A stretch of DNA of 64,000 bases from Eledone cirrhosa (lineage: Eukaryota), in NCBI GenBank assembly GCA_964016885.1, contig OZ024741.1:384834001-384898000 (forward strand). Reading direction: 5' to 3'. The first letter of the stretch is position 1; each line of letters opens with the position of its first letter. Shown here one piece after another: positions 52,783-63,838 of this stretch. A model generated the notes under the pieces. It did no database searches. It saw only the letters and a program-made list of their open reading frames with translations, and had not been told where the DNA came from. The position numbers were made by a program, and so were the translations under genes.

Positions 52783-54701
52783 ACCGACATATAGAGGATT
52801 ATAAAAAAGACGGACAGTGGGGGTTTACAATAAAATCGAGCAAACATTATAAAACAATAACATTAAATAAGAGGATTACAAAAATGAATATCCCCCAATA
52901 AAGGGGATGACCACCCAGGGGTGACTCAGGAACCCCACATATCCTGAACCACCCGACGCTCCGAGAGCCCTCGGTAGGGGCACCCCTCTCTTCTTCAAAT
53001 CAGCCAGCCTACAGGCGTATGGTCAGAATAGGTCATTGACACGGGTCATTCTCGCCACATTCACCCACCTTTTAGCAAATGTATGGAGGGAAAGGGGGTG
53101 GGGGCAGCAATACCCTGTCTACTCTTAATTTCCTTTCCAAGTGAAACTTGAAAAAGATGACGAGGGATTGACTGAAGAGAAAAGTGTCCGTCTTCAGTCC
53201 TTTCAGCATCAACCACCACAGCTCTTTCACTACATCCACCAGATAGAGGAAAACTGCAGACCTTTCTCCGCCAAAAGAAGGCAGTGGGGTGATCTTCACT
53301 ATGGACTCGGTTGATAGCCGGAAGAGGGGGGAGGGAGAGCTGATTTGGGAGTCCCTTTGAGTAGTTTTTACTATTCTTGCTGCTGCTGCTACTGTAGTTG
53401 TTGGTGTCGCTGTTGTTGTTGCTGCTAACGGTGTTGGTACCACTGTTGTTATTTTTTGCTCCCAATGCTCTTGGTGTTGTTTTTGGGGCCCTGGTATTGA
53501 CAACAATGATACTCTATGGCTCCCCGATCTTTTTTGTAGAGGGCAGGAAGTTCTTAGGTGAGTGGTTTCTCCACATAGATAGCACCTAGACATTTTCCTC
53601 GCTATGGTTATACGTAGCTCCACGCCACCCGAAAGGCGAATAAGGTTTAGGATCTTCTCAATGTTCTCTGGTTTGATCTGGAGAATTACTTTCAGACTGA
53701 TCCCAGACCAGTTCTTCCTCTTTACTTCCAGGGGTGTTTCACTTCCTTCCAGGACGATGCATGCTAGGATCCACCAGATGTTTAATTCTGGTGGGATCCC
53801 AGCAATTCGGACCATCATCGTCTTTCTTCCCCCGTAAGAGGAAAACATTACGGATGGTCAATTTTACATGGGACCACACAGTACTTCTTTGCAAGGGCCT
53901 CACTTTTGAAAAGCACAGAGATGCTCCCAAACTGCTTGGCCCTTGAAACGTGTTGTATGTCTGGTATCAAACCCTTCAGAGCTGCCTCCACATGAGATTG
54001 TGGGACCAGCTCCGGATTTTGGACTTGATACCGCTGCATCTGTAATTTAGGGTTGATTTTTAGTCGCTGCCAACACCTCAGGCGGAAAACATGTTGTCCC
54101 AGGTTTTCTCCACTGTAATAGGTTTGGCTACGTGAGTCAAACATTCCTCTCTACTGCTCAAGTCTACATAGAACAGTTCCATATTTTCGCAGCCGTTGTT
54201 GTGGACGTACTTCTGTTGTAGTAGTAGTAGTAGTAGTAGTTGTTGTTGTTGTTACTGTTGTTGTCGTTGCTGCTGCTGTTGTTGTTATTGTTGGTACTGT
54301 TGTTGATGTCGTTGCCGTTGTTGCTACTGCCACTATTGTTGTCGGTGCTGTTGCTGCTGCTGTTGTTGATGTTGCTGCTGTTGTTGCAGCTGTTGTCGTT
54401 GCCGTTGTCGTTGTTGTTGCTGCTGTTGCTGGAGGTGGTAATGCTATCGTCAACCATAAGACTCCAGTCTGAGTCGCTGTCACGTGACGTGATTTTTTCG
54501 CAGCTCATGCTGAATGTGGAAGGGATGTAACTTCTATTAAAAATATATTGGCTTAAATTCAAATTGTAACGTTCAAATACTCTTGAGAGTAAAAACTGAT
54601 GCCTTATGTCATCCTTTGTATAAAAAATTAACAAAACGATGATTTAAATATGTGAAAACAACAAACTTACGAGAACCTACAGCAACACGTATGAACAAAC
54701 C
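52783..54701 (-). mobile_element. L1/Tx1 copy F: 5' UTR and ORF1 fused to the last ~100 codons of ORF2 and the 3' UTR
   Basis: ORF 53072-53848 runs from CYLCGETTHLRTSC into RLSTESIVKI..FFKFHLERK; 3' UTR resembles copy B. Confidence 0.85.
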
Positions 54702-54709
54702 AATAGCCA

Positions 54710-54710
54710 A

Positions 54711-54751
<41 letters not shown>

Positions 54752-54759
54752 ATAATAAT
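54710..54759. repeat. (ACT)n(AAT)n tract joining the 3' end of G to the 5' end of F
   Basis: Direct inspection. Confidence 0.9.
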
Positions 54760-57700
54760 GATTTCATTTATTGGCCACAAGGGCCGACATATAAGGGACA
54801 ATACAAAAGACTGAGACAGTGGGGTTTTACAGAGAAATCGAGTAAACAATATGAATAACAATAACAAAGTAACAATAAAATTACAAGAAAAAAATTCCCC
54901 AATTCCTCCAAGATGGCGAGACGCAAACGGGGGAAAGGGACGACGGCCAGACGGTAGTAGATGACGGACGCAATGTACGCGTTCGCCACCTCCGCTCGAC
55001 CTTTCAGTGATAGGTTTCTCGCAGCCCATTTCTGGGTGAGACTGGCTACCCTGCCCATCACCTCGTCCCAATTCTTATCCCCCTGGATGTATGGCCCGAA
55101 CCAAACCCCGAGCAACTTTACTGGTCCGTCCGTCCAGCGCCCAGCAGTAAAGGCTCGAGAGTCAATACGTACAGAAGGGAGGAGAGAGGGCACACTTGAC
55201 GGACCTATCGGGAGACCTGAAACGGTTCCCAGAAGTGGCCATTAATTTTGACCACCAAGCAGGTGCCACTGTGCATTGCAGCGATCTAGCTTCTGAAGAC
55301 GGGGCCGAAGCCAGCCGTCTTGAGGACAGCCTCCAGGTACCGATGGTCGACCCTATCGAATGCTTTCGATTGATCTAAATTGATCAGAGCCCCACCGAAG
55401 TCAGATTTACACCCTACCCTCTCTATGATGTATCGCATGAGGTGGAGGTTGCCGTGTATGGGCCTGGTTGGGATTGCGCAAGTTTGCGCTCCCCAACCAA
55501 ATCCCCGACAACAAGCGCCAACCTCTTCGCTAACACCTTGGCCAAAATCTTAAACTCTGTGTTGAGCAGAGTTATGGGCCTGAAATTGTCTAATGTGTCC
55601 CTCTTGTTCTCGTCTTTCCTTATCAGCGTCACTACGCCCCGGCTCACAGAACTGGGAATACTCCCGTTCTGCTGCCAGTTGCAGTAGAGGGCTTCGAGGA
55701 GATTGGAGAACAAGTCTGGCATATTTACGTGAAGCTCGAAGAGCAGACTATCTAAACCGGGTGACTTGCGCCTCATGCAGCCGACAAGGGTATCCTGAAT
55801 CTCGGCTAAAGTAATCGGCCTTTCACAGCGCTCAGCGTCGGCTGCCGAGAGTTGCGGCCAGACATCGAGGTAGGGACTGAAGTCCGCCATCATCTCTGAC
55901 CCGCCACTTCCCCCGAGCAACAGAGCAAAATGTTGGCGAAGGGCCTCACATATTCGCTTGGAATCGCTCAGCTAGTGTCCACGCTCAGCTCGTGTCCATC
56001 TGGAATCGTAGTTTTATTACCACGCTGCGCCTCTGCCACGCGGGACAATCGAACAGCTTTAGTTCCCTCGATTCTCAGAGCACGCGCCTTAGCTCTGACA
56101 ATGCAACTTTCGTGTTTCGCATTGAAGAAATGGTCTAATGCCATTCTCGCCGCTAGCACGTCAGTTGCAATGCCACTACAAATAGCTTCGCCTAACTTAC
56201 CTACCAACTCCCCCTCCTTTCTATTTTTCTCTAACGCTACTTCTTTGCTAAACTCTATCGACACTACTCTAATCTCTCTTTTGAGAGCCCCTACCATCTA
56301 TTGTTTACGACTCGCCCTGTCAACTTTTTCTTAACTAAATTGTTGACCTGGTCCCTGTAAGCCTTACGTGCCGGAAATGACATGTTCAGCTTCCAGTAAC
56401 CAGATCCTAACCTACGAGTCTTATCTAAGTCGACCATACAGATCACAAACTTGTGATCTGAATAGGCGACTGTTTTAAAACGTGGACATCTTACACTATT
56501 TCTGTCTATTTTCCTAATGAATATCCTGTCTATATGCGATCAAGATGACCCTATGCGGTTAGTCCAGGTCCACACTGGCGCATTAGGGAAATCTAGTCGG
56601 TACCTGTCAGACAGTTGGAACTGGCTGATTAGATTTTGAGGCTTTTGTACTCCCCGCTCCTATCTGATACTCCCACACAGTCCCAGCGTGCGTCTAAGAT
56701 GCCGTTCCAGTCCCCCGCTAACAGTAAAGGGCGAGACGTACCCAGAAAGGCTTCCAGGCGTCTAAAGAAGTCCAGCCGTCCTGTCCCAGTAGGGGTGTAG
56801 ACGACCACCAGTCTAAAGGCACCACCTTCGTTATTGTTCACGTCCAGGACCACCAACTTACCGTCCGGGTCCCGAAAGATCGACCTTACCTCGAGATCTG
56901 GGCCTTTCCTAAACAGCACTTCCACCCCACCTCCCATTCCCGGCCGACTAACAGATGCAAAGATCTGATAGTCGTCGAAAATGGGGGCTAGTGTGCGGGT
57001 GTCAGAAATCCTGGTCTTACTGACGGCAATTACATCAATTTCTAGAGACCTGAGGTCGTTGAGTAGGTGACCCTTCTTCCAGGACGATACCAGGCCTCGA
57101 ACATTTAAACTTCCTACTCTTTATACCGCCATGTTGGCAGGTTAAAAGAGAGAGAGGAAAGGTTTACTTACCTTCCGGGGTCTTGTGAAGGTCGGGTGGT
57201 TTGACCTTCATAGTTGGTGGGTTTTTTTGGGGGAACCCCTTTAAAAGTCTTGAAGCGGGTTTTACGTTCGGGGTTCCCACGTCCCGAAGAAAGCTGTCTC
57301 GTATCTCTTTGTATAAATCGAGCGACATTCGCACCAGAAACAAATCTTCTGGCACGCGAAATGTGCTCGATTTAAAAATGTCCCCCTCTTTTTTGTATTT
57401 CTTCATTTCGTGCTACGAGGGCCATCAGTTCCTTGTTGACACTCCTGACGAGCACGAAGTTTTGTATGTTTTGTTGGTGTGATTTTATTTGTTTGCGTGG
57501 CTGTGGTGGTGATGGTTTTGATGGTGTTGTTTCGGTTGTGTCTGTGTTTGTTGTGAGTACAGTGTCTGTGGTTTCAGATATTTGTGTGTGTTTAGATTGT
57601 TTGCGTTTGGAGGATTCTAGTGATGGTGATGGTGGTGTTGATGTTTGTGTTGTTGGGGAGATGTTTGCGTGAGTGGTGTCTGCATTTTTTATTGTGGGTG

Positions 57701-59303
57701 TTTTTATGCTTTTTTGAGTTTTTTTTCTTTTTGTGTTTCCTTTTTTGTATTTTTGGGGATTTTGGTTTTCCCTCATCTTCACTACTGGTAGATGAGGCGT
57801 ATGTGTCTGTAAGTGTGTCTGTGTATTGTGTTTATGTTTTTATTGATGTGTGTATTTTTGGGGGAGAGGGAGAATTTGACAACTTTGCTCGTTTCCCCCC
57901 TGGGTGGTCAATGTTGGTGGTGCTCTTTCTATTGGTGTTGTTGCTGGTGGTTTTGCCGGTGCTCGTGTTGGTTGTGGTCCTCGCCCCGGCGTCGTCAGCA
58001 GTGGAGCCCTTCGACCCCTTGCATCTTTCAGCAGTTGAGGGCAGAAGGCTCGTAAATGGGTTTTTTCCCCACAAACAAAACAATGCGGCCTTTTTCCCTC
58101 GGTCATAATGTGAATGACCGTCCCACTCTGAAGGCGGATGTGGTCCGGGATTGTCTTGACATTCTCCGGCCTGATCTGAGGAGTATCTCCAGGTCAACCC
58201 CGGACCAGTCTTCTCTGGCAGTTCTTGTTACGTCTATCGGGACGGTATCCGTCCCCTCCACAGTCGCACATCCCAGAAGCCACCACATGTCAAGTCCTGG
58301 TGGGATTCTGGGAATGCGGAGACGGGCCGTTCTTTTTCCCATGTGTGAGGGGTACATTATGACCTTGCTGATTTTGCAAGGTGTCATAGCATGTTTCATA
58401 GCGAGGGCTTCTGACTTACACAGCACCGAAATGGTGCCGTATTGTCTGCCCCTCGCTATGTATTCGGTGTCATCCCTGATGCACTTCAGCGCAACTTCAA
58501 CATCTGCTTGTGGAACTAAAGCTGCCCTTTTGGTTTGTGCTGAGATGCATCTGTAATGCACCGTTTTGCGCTCCACTGCTTCAATAGCTTCTACCGGGAC
58601 AGTGAAGTTGGCCCAGGTTTGCTCTTGCTTCCAGGCCTGGGCCAACTTTTCATCTTTGTTTGAGAGGTCCATGCTGAAGCATGGCCTCTTTTTGGCTGCT
58701 GCCGCAGCGAAAGTGTTCTTCTTGTTGTCGTTGGTGTTGTTGTTATCACTGTTGCTGTCTTTGGTGCCGCCGTTGTTGTTGTTCTCGGTGCAGTTGGTAT
58801 TGTTGCTGTTAGTGTTGTCGCTATTTGTTTTCATGTTAGTGGTGTTAATATTGTTGTTGCATTTGTCATTTTTTCTGTTATCAGTATTTTGGTTGTTGCT
58901 GTTACTGTCATTCTTTTCAAAATTAGAGTTCTCAGTGTTGTTGTCATTGCTGTCTTTGTTCACGTTGTTTGTGGTGGTGTGTGTTGTATCAATTTCTGTT
59001 AATTTCGCCGTAACGCTCCTCTCAACTTTTACGTCGGTGTCACATGACAGCAGACATATCGTGTTTTTTTGGAGGGGGGGGGGGGGGGGCTCAGCCATGT
59101 TCTTTTTTTTTTTCGATAATTTTTTAAAATGTAAAAATGTTCAAATATTTGGGCCAAAAGGCCCAAATATTATACTTTCCCCTTCACAGGGCAATGTCCA
59201 AGGGCTTGTATCCCTTACACAACAACAAAAAATGCAATAAATAAGTTTTGACAGGTAAATAAATAGACTTACGAGAGCGAGCAAAAAGACGTCCGTTCAG
59301 ACC
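54760..59303 (-). mobile_element. L1/Tx1 copy G (same family as B), deletions in RT and C-terminus
   Basis: High similarity to B across 5' UTR, ORF1 (57164-59098), ORF2 (from 57132) and 3' UTR; (ATT)n at both ends. Confidence 0.95.
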
Positions 59304-59734
59304 AATAATAATAATAATAATGACAATAATAACAGTAATAATACAAATGATAAAAAAAAATGGTATGTAGCTTGCATCAGTAATTAGGTATTAAGTTTTC
59401 TTATCGTCTGCATTGACGTGCCTACATACCAATTCAAACATCCAAGCATATTTGAATAAATTGTCCGCTTTCTAGATTTAGTGTCAGCTTCTTACTAAGG
59501 TACCTATTTCAATTGTATTTATCGATTTCAGCGCTAGCTATAAGAGGCGGTTGACTTGATTGGCAGCGTATCTCGGATCTACACAGAGGAATTTGTCTGG
59601 CAAACAACAATCTACTAATATTAGTTTAAGCATTAGTTAATTGATTTAGGCTAGCGACACGCGTTGTCCACTGTAGCAGTTATCATTATTTCATATGTGG
59701 ATATTACATGTATGAATATGTATATTTATATATC

Positions 59735-59950
59735 GCGCGTGGCTGAGTGGTTAGAGAATTGGATTCACAATCGTGAGGTTGTGAGTTCGATTCCCGGACA
59801 TGGTGATGCGTTATGTCCTTGAGTAAGACACTTTATTTCACGTTCCTCCTTCTACCTGGAGTTGCGACCGATAGACAGTATTAGCAATTGGAAAGACCAA
59901 TGGAAACATTGTTTCATCGGTCCGATTTGACGAAAGTTGATCGACTGTTG
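59735..59950 (+). mobile_element. tRNA-derived SINE
   Basis: GTGGCTGAGTGGTTAG A-box, GAGTTCGATTCCC B-box, TGTCCTTGAGTAAGACACTTTA; tail homologous to the reverse of 63960-64000. Confidence 0.75.
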
Positions 59951-60195
59951 ATTGATGTATATACGTACACACATATACACGCGCGCGCACACACACACAC
60001 AGACACACACACACACACAGACACAGAGACACACACACACACATACATATATGTTATACCTATGTACATATGCATACATAGGTAAGCACGCACACACACA
60101 TTTACATTTATATATATGTTTGTTTTATTAACATACACATATGTATACATATTTAGATATGCATGTGTGTATATGAAAGTATATGTATATATATA

Positions 60196-60271
60196 CAGGG
60201 TGTTCCCAAAATGTATACACAATTTGATTTGAATGCTGTTGAAGTGTGTATACGTTTTTTGGGACACCCTG
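60196..60271. mobile_element. Tc1/mariner-derived MITE
   Basis: TA-CAGGGTGTTCCCAAAA..TTTTGGGACACCCTG-TA terminal inverted repeats within (TA)n. Confidence 0.75.
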
Positions 60272-60283
60272 TATATATATATA

Positions 60284-60367
60284 TATATCATAAAACATGT
60301 CTAGAGAATCACCAGATAAAGTATATCTGGTGTATCTGGTGATTCTATAGACATGTTTTATGATATA
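60284..60367. repeat. Short foldback palindrome (~32-bp arms)
   Basis: TATATCATAAAACATGTCTAGAGAATCACCAGATA / TATCTGGTGATTCTATAGACATGTTTTATGATATA. Confidence 0.85.
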
Positions 60368-60472
60368 GAGCTCTGATTATTTAATTTATTGACTTTTCAT
60401 TGAGCCACAAAGTGACCCGTTGCAAAACACGTATATGTATGTATGTATATATATATATATATGTATGTAAAC

Positions 60473-60503
<31 letters not shown>

Positions 60504-60763
60504 CAAAATGGCCGACTGAATACGCACGTGTGTTTTTTCTCCCCATTTTTTTTTTATCATTTCCCCCATTCCTTCCTTTTCTCACTCTTTACTTTCTATT
60601 TATCTTTTATTTCTAACTCTATCTTATGATGAAGAATTAGTTTCCAAAACGTTAAGACTCTCTTCCTGCTATTTCAAGCGCTAAACGAATATATTTCTTT
60701 ATATAGATTTGTACTGTGTCGTTTGCTTTGTTATTTTTGTTATTACTTTTACATACATACATA

Positions 60764-62468
60764 GGAATGGAGATTGGCCAAGATAAATGCTCATATATGA
60801 CTGTAAAGCGAGGAGAAATAACAACCCAATCTAGCAACATTGTCATCAATGGCCTAACTGTTTCACCGATATCTGATGAGGACTGCTACAGATACCTGGG
60901 GATAGATGAGAACATATCCTATAATGGTATCTGTAATAAGAAACGCGTAACCAGGGAATACTACACCCGATTAACAAAGATATGGTCATCGGAACTCTCT
61001 GCGCAAAACAAAACAGTGGCTCACAATGTGTTTGCTGTGCCTGTCCTAACACCAACGTTTGGAATACTCAGTTGGACGATAGACGAAATCCTAGCAATTG
61101 ATGAACTCGAAAAATACTAAATAACACCGGAAACTTCCACATCAACAGTGACATAGACCGCCTTTACTTGAAACGTAAGCAGGGAGGCAGAGGCCTAACA
61201 TCAGTCCAGACAGCATTTGAATGTCGCATCATATCCCTCCGACAACATCTACGAACCTCGAAGCGTAGGAGCCCGTCTCTCGAGCAAGTCTATCTGCATG
61301 AACAGATAAGATCATGAGAGTTGGGAAGGAACTCCTCGAAAGATATTACCTGTGTGATAATCAAAAACTCACACCCAGGGAAGTCGCTCAGCAGTATCGC
61401 AGTGAATCCATGGATGAAAAATTGCATGCTTATCAGCAAAAAATCATGCATGGATATGTGGCTAGGAAGCTCCAGAGTGAGAGTAATAAAGAAAGTAGTC
61501 TATCTTGGACCAACAACTGCTATATTGGCTCCCACTTTGAAGGATACGCTTTTGAAATCCAAGAGCAGGAAATCAACACGAAATACCTGATTCACAAAAT
61601 AGATAGGGATGCAGGCAAAACACCTAGATGTGATAACAAGTGCAGACTCTGCAGAATTAACATCGAAGATGTCACCCATGTCATAAGCAGCTGTCCAAAG
61701 ATGTCATCGCGGTACTATCTACCTATGAGGCATGATGTAGTGGCCAAAACACTACAATGCAATCCGTAGAAAATATAGCCCCGATAATAAACACATTAAA
61801 AGCTACAGCAATGTGGAAGACATGCATATACATAATATGAAAGAGTACTGGTGGAATGTTCCAGTAAAAACCCCAATAAAATGCAGGCATAACAGACCAG
61901 ATATTATGATATGGGACAGAGAAAAGAAGGCATGCACAGTAGTGGAAGTTAGCTGCCCAGCAGATGCCAATATAATATCAAAGATTAGCGAAAAGGAGAA
62001 TATTTATGCAGAACTGATGAGAAATCTACAGATACTCCACCCTGATTATACCTTCAGATTTATGCCTGTTATTATTGGGGCATTGGGATATTTTAGTAAT
62101 TGTCTCAATACAAATCTTGAGAAGCTGGGCTTCACAGGAACAGAAAGAACACAACTAGTTAGGAAATTACAAGTACAATCCATTAATGGAACAGTAAAAT
62201 ATATGTAAAACATTCCAAAAATGTTGCATCTAATAACTGCATATACACATGTACAGATAAAAGCATATACACACGCACACATACAACTCAAAGCATACAC
62301 ATCCAAACATACAATAACATTCATACCTACACATGCATGCATGCAGACAGACATACATATCTACCTAGTTGATGTTGTGTAAATTCCAATGAGAAAGTCT
62401 TGTAACTATGTTAGAAACCAACTCTCTCTCTATTGGCAAAAATTTGTGAAATTATAAAACCAGAAGAA
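60764..62468 (+). mobile_element. R4/Dong-like non-LTR retrotransposon, 5' truncated (RT C-terminus, CCHC, RLE, 3' UTR)
   Basis: YRYLG, RLYLKRKQGGRGL, IQEQEINT, CRLC..EDVTHVISSC, RHD, HNRPDIMIWD, VEVSCP, PVIIGALG; (CATA)n on both flanks. Confidence 0.9.
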
Positions 62469-62562
62469 CATACATACATACATACATACATACATACATA
62501 CATACATACATACATACATACATACATACATACATACATACATACATACATACATACATACA
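62469..62562. repeat. (CATA)n microsatellite
   Basis: Direct inspection. Confidence 0.95.
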
Positions 62563-63084
62563 TGATGGTTGCAAACTCTGCTAAGAGTATTGAAATCGCT
62601 TGTCAGATTACAGAAAATGGTGCACTTTTAGGCTACGGCCAGCCACACGAACCTATAACAGTTCCTGAACAAGCAATGCCTGTGCTTTGAAGATTTTTTA
62701 AGTGGAGAAAGGCCTTGCACTCGACCAATCCCACTCTGAGTATCGAAAACACTACCCAAAAAGGAGAACTGGTCAACATCATCGGATGCTTCCGAAGCCG
62801 CAGGTTTTTTTTTTTTTAGAGATTCCCTCTCTTAGAAAGGTGTTGTGACAACAACTGGGGGCCTTTCACTCCCAAGCAAAAAAAAAGTACTATTTGGATG
62901 GCCATTGACTTTGCAGAGTTCCTCCATCCTTTGCCGGGTCTTATATTTCATCCCACAGGGTGTTCAAATATCCCCCTCCTCACCAAGCAAGCCTGGTGGG
63001 GTTGTCGGTTTAGTCGCCGACACCCGACAATGAGACAGGTTGTACTGGGTTACATGATACCAGTAACACACGTGAGCGACCTGA
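62563..63084 (-). mobile_element. RTE-derived bipartite non-autonomous element (variant 2)
   Basis: 5' part homologous to 63104-63758; 3' terminus homologous to the RTE 3' end at 37410-37458. Confidence 0.7.
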
Positions 63085-63103
63085 TATACATACATACATA
63101 CAT

Positions 63104-63496
63104 GTGATGGCTGCCGCCTCGATATCGAGTATGGACATTGCACGATATAACATTATTACTAATTAATTAATTCTATCGTGCAATGCCTGTGCGTGAAGAT
63201 ATTTTTTAAAGTGAGGAAAGACTGTGCACTGAGCCAATCCCATTCTCTGAGCGACAGTAGCTATAACCCGAAAAGAAGAAAAGATCAACATCATCGGTAA
63301 ATACTGAGCCGCAGGTTTTATGTCGGAGTTATCCCAGTTTCGTGAGTTGCCTTCTCCTAGAAGAATGCCCTGACAACGGCTAGGGGTCCTTCACTCCCAG
63401 TGGTTTACCGCGTGATCGGGTATCCAGCCCGATTATTTCTATGTCCCCGCGCATATTCATACACATGCATACATGTATGTACACATATACATACAT

Positions 63497-63552
<56 letters not shown>

Positions 63553-63758
63553 GTGCATACATGTATATACATATTTATACATTTTTGGATGGCCGTTGAC
63601 TCTTATGAGTTCTTCCGCCCTTAGTCAAGTTTTGTTTTTTGTCCAACAGGGTGTCCAAATCACCCTTGGTGAGGTTGCCGGTTTAGTCGCCGACGACCCG
63701 ACCATGCGACAGGTTGTACTGGGTTACATGTTACCAGTAGCACTGAAGAGTGACCTGA
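63104..63758 (-). mobile_element. RTE-derived non-autonomous element (variant 1), both ends present
   Basis: Homologous to 36661-37097 with an added 5' part; (CATA)n on both flanks. Confidence 0.75.
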
Positions 63759-63805
63759 CATACATACACGCATATTATACATACATACATACATACATAC
63801 ATACA

Positions 63806-63838
<33 letters not shown>

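Noticed and set aside
59735-59810. Possible tRNA gene
   Set aside because: Acceptor stem does not close and it continues into a SINE body
63660-63758. HDV-like or twister-sister ribozyme assignment
   Set aside because: No room for HDV P3/L3/P1 and only loose resemblance to twister-sister; kept as an unclassified structure
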